A stretch of 64,000 nucleotides of DNA, taken from NCBI GenBank assembly GCA_000004695.1, contig CM000151.3, positions 1,600,001 to 1,664,000 on the forward strand, in the 5' to 3' direction. A program made the position numbers and the translations under genes. The notes below the pieces were generated by a model. That model saw nothing but the letters and a program-made list of their open reading frames with translations, had not been told where the DNA came from and ran no database searches. The DNA comes from Dictyostelium discoideum (taxonomy: Eukaryota). Positions 1 to 11,592 of this stretch are shown here, in pieces (positions within the stretch are counted from its first letter, which is position 1; each line of letters starts with the position of its first letter).

Positions 1-481
1 TAAAAAAAAAATATAAAAAAAACAATGCAAAGATAATAACAAAAAAAAAAATATTAAAAAAAAAAATATTAAAAAAAAAAAAATATTAAAAAAAAAATTT
101 TTTTTTATTATCTATTTTATCTATTATTAATGAAAATAATTAAAAAAAAAATAAATTATTTTTATTTTTCAATTTTGTAAAAAAAAAAAAAAAATTGTTT
201 TCATACCATCAGAATCTATAATCTTAAACAATTCAGTTTATTCTAAAAAAAGAAAAAATAATTTATTTTTTATTTTTTATTTTTTATTTATATTAAAAAA
301 AAAAAAACGGTTTAGACACCCCAGTCAATTGATGGCAAACCAAAATTCTAAAAATGTTCACTTTCTATCCAATCAACCATTTTAAAATAAAAAAATCTTT
401 GAATTTTTCGTTTTTTGTAAAAATTGACATCTAATCTGAAGTAAAGGCCAATGGAATTCATTCAAACGATAAAACCTTTTG

Positions 482-516
<35 letters not shown>

Positions 517-591
517 AAATTTGCCATATTTTTTTGCAAATTAACATTATGATGTTTTAAAAAAAAAAATGAAGAATCCTTTCTGTTTTTT

Positions 592-622
<31 letters not shown>

Positions 623-727
623 TTTGCTAAAAATAATCAAGTAAGGTCCTAGGGGTTTAATAATTTTTTCATATTTTTATTTATATATTTTTTTTGTATT
701 AAAAAAAAAATAAAAAAAAAAAATAAA

Positions 728-821
728 ATGAAAATTCTATTATATATTGCAATAATTTTATCTTTTTTTAGTTTAATTACTATTTCAAGTGAATGTAAAA
801 TAGCTGTACTTTTATCAGGAT
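728..821 (+). CDS. Grl-type family-3 GPCR, exon 1 (signal peptide MKILLYIAIILSFFSLITISSECKIAVLLSG)
   Basis: ATG at 728, hydrophobic signal peptide, GTAAGT donor immediately after 821 (phase 1). Joins in frame to exon 2. Confidence 0.5.
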
Positions 822-873
822 GTAAGTAATGGAAAAAAAAAAAGAATAAAAATAGTAAATAATTTCAAAATTT

Positions 874-932
<59 letters not shown>

Positions 933-954
933 AAATACAAATAATTTTAAAAAG

Positions 955-1369
955 CCCCAAATGATCTTGGATATAATTATTTAATGAATGAAGCAAGAGT
1001 TAAAGCCGAGAGTGAATTAAAATTAGATTTTTCAATATATTACGAAAATTTAGAAGAGTCAATGGAGGAAGCTGAAAAAGCATTTCAAGATGCACTTCAT
1101 AAAGGTGCAAATTTAATAGTTGTTGGATCATTTGTTCATGTTGGGTTGGGTTTAAAATATGCTGCACTTACAAAAGATCAAGATATTTATTGGATTATCC
1201 GTGGTAACAAAAGACCAAATCCAGATCTTCCTCATGTTGTAATTTTAAATTTTAATTCTTTTGAATTACACTATTTACTTGGTTATTTCTCAGGATTAAT
1301 GACTAAAACCGGTATAGTTGGTTTTGTTGCACCAGGTCCAGATGTTAATACAATTTCAACTGATAATAG
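955..1369 (+). CDS. Grl-type GPCR exon 2 (start of BMP/PnrA-like periplasmic-binding-type domain)
   Basis: AG acceptor at 953-954. Reading frame continues SPNDLGYNYLMNEARVKAE... (ORF track 984..1373). GTAATT donor at 1370 (phase 2). Confidence 0.6.
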
Positions 1370-1430
1370 GTAATTATTTTTAATTTTTTTAATTTTTTTT
1401 TAATTTTTTTTCTAATCCTTTTTTTCCAAG

Positions 1431-1510
1431 CTTTTATTTAGGGGCAAAGTATGCACGTCCAAATATTACCTTTTTGAATGTTTATGTTCAATCCTGGTAT
1501 AATCCAAACG
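1431..1510 (+). CDS. Grl-type GPCR exon 3
   Basis: Acceptor CAAG|C at 1430. Encodes SFYLGAKYARPNITFLNVYVQSWYNPN, which continues the BMP-like domain. GTAAAT donor at 1511 (phase 1). Confidence 0.55.
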
Positions 1511-1676
1511 GTAAATTTTTTTTTAATTTTTTTTTATTTTTTTTTATTTTTTATTTTTTATTTTTTTTGGTCCAAAACTTTTTTAAACTATAAAAAATTT
1601 TTTGTTGGTTCAATTGGTTAAAAAAAAAAGAATGTAGAGTCAATTTATTAATATATTTATAAATATTTAAATATAG

Positions 1677-3439
1677 TTTCATATAGTGCAGCAAAAATGT
1701 TAATTAAAAATGGAGCAGATTTAATTGGTATGTCACAAGATGATATGTCATGTCAAAAAGCAATGATGGATAGTGGATTAATTGGAATTGGTGCAACTGG
1801 ATATCCAACACATCTTTTATTTGGTGGAAATGTTGGTGTTTCTTATATTACCAATTGGACCAACCTTTATGTGAAGTATGCTCAACATGTTTTAAATGAT
1901 GATTGGCCAGATTATAGTTCTTACTTTACCAATTTATCAAGAGAAGATTCAATTTTCATTGATGATTATAGTTATAAAGTACCAATTGATATTCAAAATT
2001 TGGTTAATGATGAAATCCAAAGGTTAAAGAATACATCATATATTCCATACCGTTCAGATCCTTATTTGGCTCAATTGGGTATTCCATTCGATAGTAAAGG
2101 TCTATTGGTTGAAGATCAATTTAGAGCAAATAAAAAGCTATTAAAAGGTGATAGTATTTCAAAAGTTATTGATTTTGGTCAATATTCAATACCGATTGAA
2201 TTTATTGATTATCCAAATTCATTAAAATATGGTGTAACAATTGTATCTGGTGTTTGTATTTTTATATGTTTAGTTTGTATGACATTGGTAGTTGTATTTA
2301 AAAAGGCAAGAGTTATTAAATCGTCAAGTCCAGCATTTTTATTATTAATTTTATTGGGATGTTGTATTATATTTGCTGCATGTATATTATTTGCACAATC
2401 ACCAACCAATCAAACATGTTCAGCTAGAATTTGGTTATTAAGTTTAGGTTATACATTGTTTTTGGGTAATTTGTTAGTAAAGAATTGGAGAATTTGGTTA
2501 TTATTTGATAATCCAAAATTAAAGAAACGTGCAATTACCAATTGGAAATTATATCCATGGGTATTTGCTATATTGGCAATCGATGTAATGATATTGGCTA
2601 TTTGGCAAGGTTTGGGTAATATCAATGCTGAGTCTAGAATTGGCTATGATTCATTAACTCAATATCAATATAAAAATGTTTGTTCAAGTGATGATCAAGG
2701 TTCAATTGCTTTATATCTTTTATTGGTATTTCATGGTTTGGTTTTATTGGTTGCATGTTTTATTTCTTTTAAAATTAAAGTTGTAGATATTGAAGAATTT
2801 AATGAATCAAAACCAATTACAACCAGTGTTTACATTATAACATTTTGTTTATTCATTGTTATACCATTAATGGTTTCACCACAATCATTAACTAGTCAAA
2901 CTACAATCATTTGTGTTTGTGCTATCGTTACAACTTTAATTAGTATGTTGTTATTATTTGGTAGTAAATTCTATAAAATGGCAACTCAAGGCTTAGCAAT
3001 TAATGAAACTTTTGCAACTAGTACAAAATCATCAAGTAAATCTTCAAAATCAAGTTATGGTAAAGATAATCCAAATCCAAATGCTATCAATTTCGGTGAA
3101 GATGATACATCTGATGAAACTTCTGAAGAAAAGCATAAATCTCCAAAACAAAAATCTGTAAATTTTAGTAATAAATCAAATTCTCATTTAGCAGTTTTTA
3201 CAAGTGATGAAGAAACAAGTAAAACAAGTAAATTAAGCATTGATTTTGAAAATTCAAGTAAAGATATTAGTATTGATCAATTACAACAACAAAAACAACA
3301 ACCAATTAACACAAATGGGGATTTAGAAAATAAATCAAATGATAAAATAGATGATGATAATGATAATTCAAGTGTTTTATCTAAAAGAATATCAAATCAA
3401 CAAAATGGTGAAACAGAAATTGATTCCAATAATGTTTAA
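1677..3439 (+). CDS. Grl-type GPCR exon 4: rest of BMP-like domain, 7TM region (KNWRIWLLFDNPKLKKRAI motif, GABA-B-like) and Ser/Asn-rich C-terminal tail
   Basis: ORF track 1697..3439 (580 aa), extended 20 nt upstream to the ATATAG acceptor. Seven hydrophobic helices. Matches the architecture of Dictyostelium GABA-B receptor-like (Grl) proteins. Which grl paralog it is cannot be told. Confidence 0.85.
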
Positions 3440-3584
3440 ATATTTTATTGTAATAAAAAACAATAATAATAAAAAAATAAAAAAATAAAAATATTAAAAC
3501 TTTGTAGATTATTTATAAAAATTATAAATAGAAAAAATAATAGTAAATAAAAGAAAAAGATATATTTTTATTTTAAATGTTGTT

Positions 3585-3640
3585 ATTAAACATTTTTTGT
3601 GAACAATTGATGGACCAGATTGAGTTAATTTCCGAATACC
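3585..3640 (-). pseudogene. Short actin 3'-end fragment (encodes ...[11 protein letters not shown]-like)
   Basis: Sequence tgtgaacaattgatggaccagattgag is nearly identical to the 3' coding end of the actin gene at 7842 and of the pseudogene at 3871. No upstream actin coding sequence follows it. Confidence 0.4.
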
Positions 3641-3870
3641 AGGAGTTAACACCAATTTAGTAATTATACCACTTGGTTTTACAATCTCTAATATTTGAAG
3701 ATAAAAAAATTCAAATGACTACTTCAACCGATATTCGTTCATGATTTCCAATTAAAAATAATATTAAAAAATCAAAAAATAATAATAATAAAAACAAAGA
3801 AAAGAGATAAATTTAAAAAATATATCAATTTTTTTTTTTTTTATTATAAATTTATTTTTAAATGTTTTTT

Positions 3871-4965
3871 AAGAGTTTTTGTGAAAAATTGATGGACCAT
3901 ATTCATCATATTCTTGTCTTGTGACATACAGTTGTAGGAAAGTTGAGAGTGAAGCTAAATAGATCCATCAATCCATACAGAATTTTTACGTTCTGGTGGT
4001 GAAACGATGTTAATGTTCGTGTTAGAAGGTGTTAAAGCAGTTAATTCTTTATTCAAACGATCAGCAAAACCTGGTAGCATGGTTGTACCACCTGACAATA
4101 AAATGCAACCATACAAATCATTTTGAATATCAACATCACACCTCTTGATTGAATTATAAGTTGATTGGTGAATACCAGCTGATCCCATACCTAATAATGA
4201 TGGTTTGAAGAGGGCTTCTGGACAATGGAAACGTTCATTTCCATCGTAATGACTTGACCATCTGGTAATTCGTATGATGTTGAGTTGGCAGCAGTTTTCA
4301 CTTCAGTTTCAAAATCTAAAGCAACGTAGGCGATTTCTCTTTGATATCTCTGACAATTTCTCTTTCGGGCAGTTGTGGAGAATGAGTTACCACGTTCGCT
4401 CAACATTTTCATCATGTAGTCAGTGAGATCATTACCAGCTAAATCTAAATGTAAAATGGAATTTGTCATAGCTTTACCTTCATAAATTGGTACAGTGTGG
4501 GAAACACCACCACCTGAATCAATAACGATACCAGTGGTACGACCAGAAGCGTATAATGATAAGATGGCTTGAATGGAAACATACATGGCTGGAATGCCAT
4601 AACATTCAAACATATATTGAGCCATTTTCTCTGTGTTGACTTTTGGATTAAATGGAGGTTCAGTTAAGAAAACTGGGTGTTGATCTGAAGAGACACAAAG
4701 TTGATCGTTGAAAGCATGATTCCAAAATTTTTTCCATATTTTCCCAGTTAATAATAATAACTTTTTCAATTGGATATTCGAGTCGTTCCAGATCTCTCTT
4801 TGATTGAGCATCATTACCTACATATGAATCAACTTGACCTATTTTCGGTTTGGAAAAACCAACAACTGATGGGAAAGCATGTGGTGATTCATCTCCAGAA
4901 AAACCGACTTTAATAATAGAAGAACCATTATCAATAACTATGGTTAACACAACAACACTTGTTTT
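3871..4965 (-). pseudogene. Actin pseudogene: full-length actin homology broken into three reading frames, premature stop, no ATG start
   Basis: ORF-track fragments 4660..4950, 4191..4814 and 3955..4188 on the minus strand each align to consecutive parts of actin (VIDNGS..., [15 protein letters not shown]..., [17 protein letters not shown]...). Frameshifts lie near 4740 and 4190. TAG stop after ...WIDGSI. The C-terminal [21 protein letters not shown] remnant continues to about 3871. Actin's MDGEDVQ N-terminus is replaced, with no ATG. Confidence 0.8.
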
Positions 4966-5367
4966 TCAATCATTTTTATTTATTGTATTGTAATAAAATG
5001 ATATAAAAAAAACTAATTCTTGGCAAATTTTTGTATTTAACAATAAAATAAATTTTATTTATTTTTATTTTTTATTGTAAAGTTGTTTAATGAATAACTT
5101 TAGATACCGATTATTTTCGAATTCTATTAATCGTTTTAAGCAAATTAAACACAAAAAAAAAAATTTTTGTAGTTGGATTTGCAAAAAAAAAAAAAAAATC
5201 GAAAAAGGTTTTGAAAATTAATATTGTGCGGATTAGCCAAATCTAACATTTTTTAATTTTTTTTTTTTAAATTTTTCAAATCAAACACTTTTTTTTTTTT
5301 TTTTTTTTTTTTTTTTATTTGTTTTTTTTTTTTTTATTATTTTTTTTTTTTTATTATTTTTCTTTTT

Positions 5368-5892
5368 TCACCTTTTTCTTTGGTATTGATTTCTTTTTTT
5401 TTCAGACCAGAAGTTTAGGCTTTGGCGATAAAATCCAATGAACAGTTCTTTGTTTTTAATTAGAGAATTATCGATGGTGTCAATAATCTCATCAAGGAAG
5501 GACCCATGGGAATTACGTTCTCGGTAGAAATGGTTCTTGATATAGCCAAAGAAACGCTCAATGGGATTCAACTCTGGAGAATAGGAAGGAAGAAATATCA
5601 ATTGAACCGAATATTGATTAAACAATTCAAATAGTGCATTTAAAGCTTCGATACCACCGTGAATTGGAGCATTGTCCATTACCAATAATGAACCAGGCTT
5701 GCAAAATCCACTTTCCAAAAGTTCTCTAACATATTGAAAGAAGTCTTCAGTATTATTGGTTTTATCACGGATTTTATACAAACAATCATCCAAACTGATG
5801 GTGAAAAACCCATTGTAGGTCTCAGAAATGCTGGTGCTATTGGTAACATAAACCGGCTCTCCAATCGGTCCAACAGCTTTAGATCTCCTTAA
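5368..5892 (-). CDS. Tc1-like DD34E transposase, C-terminal catalytic block (…LLVMDNAPIHGG…34 aa…SYSPELNPIE…)
   Basis: ORF track 5368..5793, extended upstream in frame to an AG acceptor near 5893. Classic Tc1/IS630 D(34)E spacing between the second D and the E. I could not find the first catalytic D, so the copy may be degenerate. Confidence 0.7.
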   Translation of the reverse strand, partial: LRRSKAVGPIGEPVYVTNSTSISETYNGFFTISLDDCLYKIRDKTNNTEDFFQYVRELLESGFCKPGSLLVMDNAPIHGGIEALNALFELFNQYSVQLIFLPSYSPELNPIERFFGYIKNHFYRERNSHGSFLDEIIDTIDNSLIKNKELFIGFYRQSLNFWSEKKRNQYQRKR

Positions 5893-5934
5893 TTCTAATA
5901 AAAAACCTTATTAGTTTTAATTATTTATTTTGTA

Positions 5935-5996
<62 letters not shown>

Positions 5997-6315
5997 TAAT
6001 TACCTTATAATGTTAATAGTGGAATTCAGAATGGATGGAAAGAAAGACAATTATTTAATTAAAAATATTTTTTAAAAAAAAAAAAAAAAAAATTAGTATA
6101 AATATTTATATTCAATCTAAAATAATAAAATATAATACCTCTAGAAGAAAATGAGCATTCATCTAAAAAATAAATTTTTTTCCAATCAGTATTGTAAATT
6201 ATTGTATTAAAATAAAATAATTTTAATAAATTTTCAATTTTGTATTTATTTTCCTAAAAAAAAAAAAAAAAAATTAACAAATAGTTAGTTATTTAATATA
6301 TTAAAACTTTTTTAC

Positions 6316-6724
6316 TTACTTGTTTATAGGTTGGAGAGTGGTAATTCCATTTCAATTCTTTGAATATTGAACATATCCTCGATTTGTTGACCTTTTTATA
6401 AAAAATACTATTTTGATCTGAGTTAATTTCTTGGGCGATCTCCCTCATTGTGAGATTAGGTCGGACATTAACCATTGCTACCACAGTTGCCACCAAGAGT
6501 TCATACTGTTCTGTAGTAAATGTACTTGGAGATCTGGAGCCGCCATGGGATTGTCTAATTCTATTATCTTTGATATCTCTACGGTAATAATTGAGTTGAT
6601 TTCTGGTCAAACCATTTTCACGAGCAGCTCTACTTATATTACCGATTCTAACCCCATATTCTAATGCATTGTATATTCTCTCAGTATGCTCAATTAAGTG
6701 AGTTAAACTTCTTTTAGGTTTCAT
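6316..6724 (-). CDS. Tc1-like transposase, N-terminal helix-turn-helix DNA-binding block
   Basis: ORF track 6293..6724 (MKPKRSLTHLIEHTERIYNALEYGVRIGNISRAARENGLTRNQLNYYRR...). GTAAGT/GTAAAA donor around 6316-6320. The roughly 420-bp AT-rich spacer to the 5892 acceptor contains an A50 tract. That spacer may be an intron or a disruption. Confidence 0.65.
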
Positions 6725-6990
6725 TATATTGTTATTACTATTATTACTACTATATTGCTATTGCTATCACTATTGTTACTATTATTACTACTATATTGCT
6801 ATTACTATTATTACTATTACTACTATATTTCTATTGCTATTACTGTTATTACTATTATTACAATTATTACAATTATTACAATTATTACTACTATATTTCT
6901 ATTGCTATTACTATTACCATTACTACTATATAGCTATTGCTATTAATATTTCTATTTCTATTTCTATTACAATTATAAATATAATTAATT
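6722..6990. repeat. Roughly 30-bp minisatellite (units like tactatattgctattactattattac), about 8-9 degenerate copies
   Basis: Directly visible tandem periodicity. It produces spurious poly-L/poly-Y ORFs (6729..7028, 6755..6946). It is immediately upstream of the transposase start codon. Confidence 0.7.
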
Positions 6991-7841
6991 ATATTATTAT
7001 TTTGGTTTTATTAATTATGTTTTTTTAATTGTTTTTATTATTATAAACTGCAAGTGGTTTTTTTATTTAAAATAAAAAAATGATCATTTTAACCAAAAAT
7101 GTAGATGTGATGGTTTATTATTATAAAAACTATGGCCAATTGTATTTCATTTTATTTATAGTTGGTTAAAATAATGAGTGAATTTTTTTTTTTTAACTGT
7201 GAAACATTTCCCCCACTTTTTTTTAAATTAAAAAAAGAAAAATAGTTGGAGATATTTTCCCCCACTTTTTTTTAAATTAAAAAAAGAAAAATAAAATAAA
7301 ATAAAAATAAAATCTTTTATCAAAACAAAGATAACTTTTTTAATTTTTTTTTTATTTTAAAAATAATAATAATAATAATAATAATATTAATAATAATAAT
7401 AATAATAATAAAAATAAATAAATAAATAAAATTCAATTTATTTTATTTCCAAAAAAATTTTAGTATAAAATATTTTTATTGTATAGTTTTAAATTTTTAA
7501 AATAAAAAAAAAAATATTCATAATAATTAACTTAGAAAGTTTTTTAATATTTTATAGCGAGTTTAAACCCTTTTTTTATTTTTTTTTTTTTTTTTTTTTT
7601 TTTTGTTTGACTTAAGTGAGTTTTTTTAATTTTTTTTTTTATGATTAATTTGCTCAAAACGCACTATATCTAACTCGCAAACAAAATAAAAATAATTTCA
7701 AAAGTTAATTAAAAAAATCAAAAAAAAAAAAAAAACAATTAAACAAAACTAAAGAAAACAAGATTTGTTTTGAAATATAAATAATTTTTTTTTTTTTTTT
7801 TTAAAAATACAACAATATTTTTTTTTTCTTTATTTATAAAT

Positions 7842-8981
<1,140 letters not shown>

Positions 8982-9240
8982 TTAATTGTATTTATTATTA
9001 TATTAGAATGATTAAAAAAAAAAAAAAAAATTAGTTTTTAAACTTTTTTTTTTTTTAATAATTTTTATAAAAAAAAAAATAAAAAATAAAAAATTGGGTT
9101 TTGGAAGATTTTTTTTTGGGGTTGGGTTTTGTTTTTTTTTTTTTGAAATTGGCTTTGTATTTTTTTTTTTTTTTTCATGAAAACCTTTTTAAAAATAATT
9201 AATAGTTTTGTTAAATTTCTTTTTTTTTTTTTTGGTTGAA

Positions 9241-10085
9241 TTAAATTAGCAACAATATCATAATCATCGTCACAATCACAACCAAAAATACATTATACTA
9301 CTTTTCTTGGTTGCCACAGATACAATAATAAACAGTATTATTCACAAATCACTATCGATTACATAATAATAATCAAAATAATCATGAATCTTCTTCACAC
9401 AAAGATATGGGCCAACCAAAATCAACAGCAAAATCTACCGCAACAATAACATGTATTGATAGCTTTGTTTAAAGATGAGAATATGTTAAGCACATTATGG
9501 TTAGTTTGGAGAATGATCGTTGAAGAGTTATACAATTTAATAAAGAGAAATTTATTATCACCAAATCATTAAAAGAGGGTACTATTGGAAAATGCCATCA
9601 CTATTGTATTTGAAAATCATGAAACTATTGCTTTAATTGGTAAAGAATGTTGTTCCACTAGGAATACTTTTATCTATTCCAATTTCAATACTTTTGTTTC
9701 ACATCAACTGTACTAGATATAGATATTCAACAGAAACAACTACTTCAACAAATTCAACAAGTTTACTATTTTTTAACTCAGTTGACAGAAATAGTATTGG
9801 AGTGGTATAAGTAGGAAAATTGTAGAATAGTAATAGTAGAGGTTATGGCACAAGTAGAAAAAATAGTAGAGAAATTGGTTAGAATCCACTACCGTCTACT
9901 GCCATGGAACCAATACAAACAACTCAATAATCAAATTTCTATTTTAAAAATGAAGTTTCAGATATTTTGCTAAATGATAAATATCAAAAATGAAAGTTTA
10001 GAGAGTAATATAGTAGTCTCAAGTAGAAAACCATGCATTCCCTAAATTAGAGGTAAAAAGAAATGCATATTGGTGGTTAAAAAAA
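9241..10085. repeat. Unclassified, less AT-rich, non-coding segment (about 850 bp) abutting the 5' flank of the split tRNA gene; possible remnant of a tRNA-targeted retroelement
   Basis: Base composition is distinctly different from the surrounding intergenic DNA. No long ORF in any frame. Bounded on the left by a T15 tract (9217-9232) and it ends about 18 bp upstream of the tRNA 5' end. That is the distance window used by upstream-targeting elements such as DGLT-A. Confidence 0.3.
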
Positions 10086-10102
10086 ATTTTTTTCATCAAA
10101 AA

Positions 10103-10172
10103 GCCCGTGTCGTATAGTGGTTATTATATCTGTCTTGTACTATGTGCACAAAGCGATAACAGAGGGTCCTCA
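10103..10172 (+). tRNA. tRNA gene, 5' part (acceptor stem, D-arm, anticodon arm with putative UGU anticodon and about 18-nt intron, variable loop), interrupted by retrotransposon
   Basis: GCCCGTG TC GTAT AGTGGTTATT ATAT C TCTGT CTTGTA[intron CTATGTGCACAAAGCGAT]A ACAGA GGGTC CTCA| . A perfect 5-bp anticodon stem forms only if an 18-nt intron is removed after position 37. U33 and A37 are present. Anticodon TGT (Thr). Confidence 0.6.
10161..10172 (+). repeat. Target-site duplication, left copy (AGAGGGTCCTCA)
   Basis: The identical 12-mer recurs at 15433-15444, directly after the element's poly(A). Confidence 0.8.
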
Positions 10173-10338
10173 AACCGCACCGCGATCAAGAGGATACAAG
10201 ATACACGTGAAAAGTAATTCATCCTTTTCTATCCTTAATCTCGGTCAATTTTAACCAATCTTTCAAAAAAAATCACCAATCCACCACGATCTACAGATCT
10301 AATTTACCAAATCGCCGATTCAAAGGAATCCCATCGAG

Positions 10339-11592
10339 ATGAATTCCTACGCAGACGCGGCTAAAATGGCCAACCCCTCCACCCATATGGACGAGGCATC
10401 AGAGAACTTCATTAAGGAATTCTCCACAAAAACAGCAGAGATAAAGGAGACCTACCCCAAATTATCAATAGGCCTCAAAGACATCTCCAAATACTGCGAG
10501 ACCATATTGAACATGACTGCTCTCTCAACCTACGAGAAAAACAACGGATTCTACCCAATTACACTCGAATTCCCCAAAATGGATCTCATGGGGTTAGAAG
10601 AAATGAGAAAAACACTCTCAAACTACGATATCCCAATCGACAAGATATACATAGGCAAAGGAACTAGAAAAACGATCCACCTGATGATTAAAAACGAACA
10701 ATCTCTCCTAAATATCATTAGAGATAGAAGCAAATTGGGAACCTTCATCACCTCCAGTAGAGACTACCACGTCCTCACAGGAAGAGTAAGAATTCCAAGA
10801 GAAAAGGCAGGAATAGTGGATGCCCTCATCAAAACTGCCTTTGCAGAAGAAATACCCTATGCAATATACCATACTATATACTCCACCGACCACCTCCTAG
10901 TATTCGGTCTAATAGAATGCAAAATAGGCGATCAAATGAAATCTGGCCAACACAATACAGAAATCGCCAACTTTACCATCAGAACGGCCACCAAAACCTA
11001 CTCCTCACAAAAGAAAAATAAGAAAGTAGAGTCAAACAACACGGAAGAACCATTAGAAGATGAGATGACAGATGATCCTCCCAACATCCAAAACAGGATA
11101 GCAATCAAATCCTCTCAACCAAAACCACAACAACAAACAAACAACCCAGCAAACAATAAGTCTGATAAACAATCAACCCAAGAGAAAAAAGCCCAATCAA
11201 AAAAGTCCTCTCAACCTCTTCCCCCCAAAAACCAAGCAGAATCTCAATCTGTCAAACCCACCACAACCACTACCACAACATCCAACGCCATCCAAAAAGA
11301 CAATGCCAACAAAACGAGCACTAACATCCATTCATCCTCGGAAAACAGAGAGAAGACACCAAACATCCCTCCATCACATAAACGCAAGAACGAGGAAATC
11401 CACTCAAACAACGAGGTCACCCAACTCTCACCAACAATAAACAGAAGCAACCCTTACATCCCATCCACCCCTAAGACACCTGTCAATAAAGAAAGGAAAG
11501 GAATCATTGAGAGCTTCATAGAGAGTATCTACCCTTCACCATCCAAACCGCAGCTAAACGACTCCCAAGAGGAGATCGATATCATCTCATAA
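10339..11592 (+). CDS. Retrotransposon ORF1 (417 aa, basic/Ser-Thr-Pro-rich C-terminus; nucleic-acid-binding ORF1p-type)
   Basis: ORF track. Its position is 5' of the RT ORF, and its stop overlaps the ORF2 ATG (TAATG). Confidence 0.8.
   Translation: MNSYADAAKMANPSTHMDEASENFIKEFSTKTAEIKETYPKLSIGLKDISKYCETILNMTALSTYEKNNGFYPITLEFPKMDLMGLEEMRKTLSNYDIPIDKIYIGKGTRKTIHLMIKNEQSLLNIIRDRSKLGTFITSSRDYHVLTGRVRIPREKAGIVDALIKTAFAEEIPYAIYHTIYSTDHLLVFGLIECKIGDQMKSGQHNTEIANFTIRTATKTYSSQKKNKKVESNNTEEPLEDEMTDDPPNIQNRIAIKSSQPKPQQQTNNPANNKSDKQSTQEKKAQSKKSSQPLPPKNQAESQSVKPTTTTTTTSNAIQKDNANKTSTNIHSSSENREKTPNIPPSHKRKNEEIHSNNEVTQLSPTINRSNPYIPSTPKTPVNKERKGIIESFIESIYPSPSKPQLNDSQEEIDIIS

Larger units (their letters stand above)
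5368..6724 (-). mobile_element. Tc1/mariner-superfamily DNA transposon (transposase gene; terminal inverted repeats not identified)
   Basis: Transposase HTH + DD34E domains. Flanked on the 5' side by a minisatellite array (6722-6990). The element ends could not be delimited by eye. Confidence 0.5.

Noticed and set aside
6729-7028. Plus-strand ORFs 6729..7028 and 6755..6946 encoding poly-L/poly-Y/poly-I peptides
   Set aside because: They are translations of the 30-bp minisatellite, with no start context and no complexity. Not genes.
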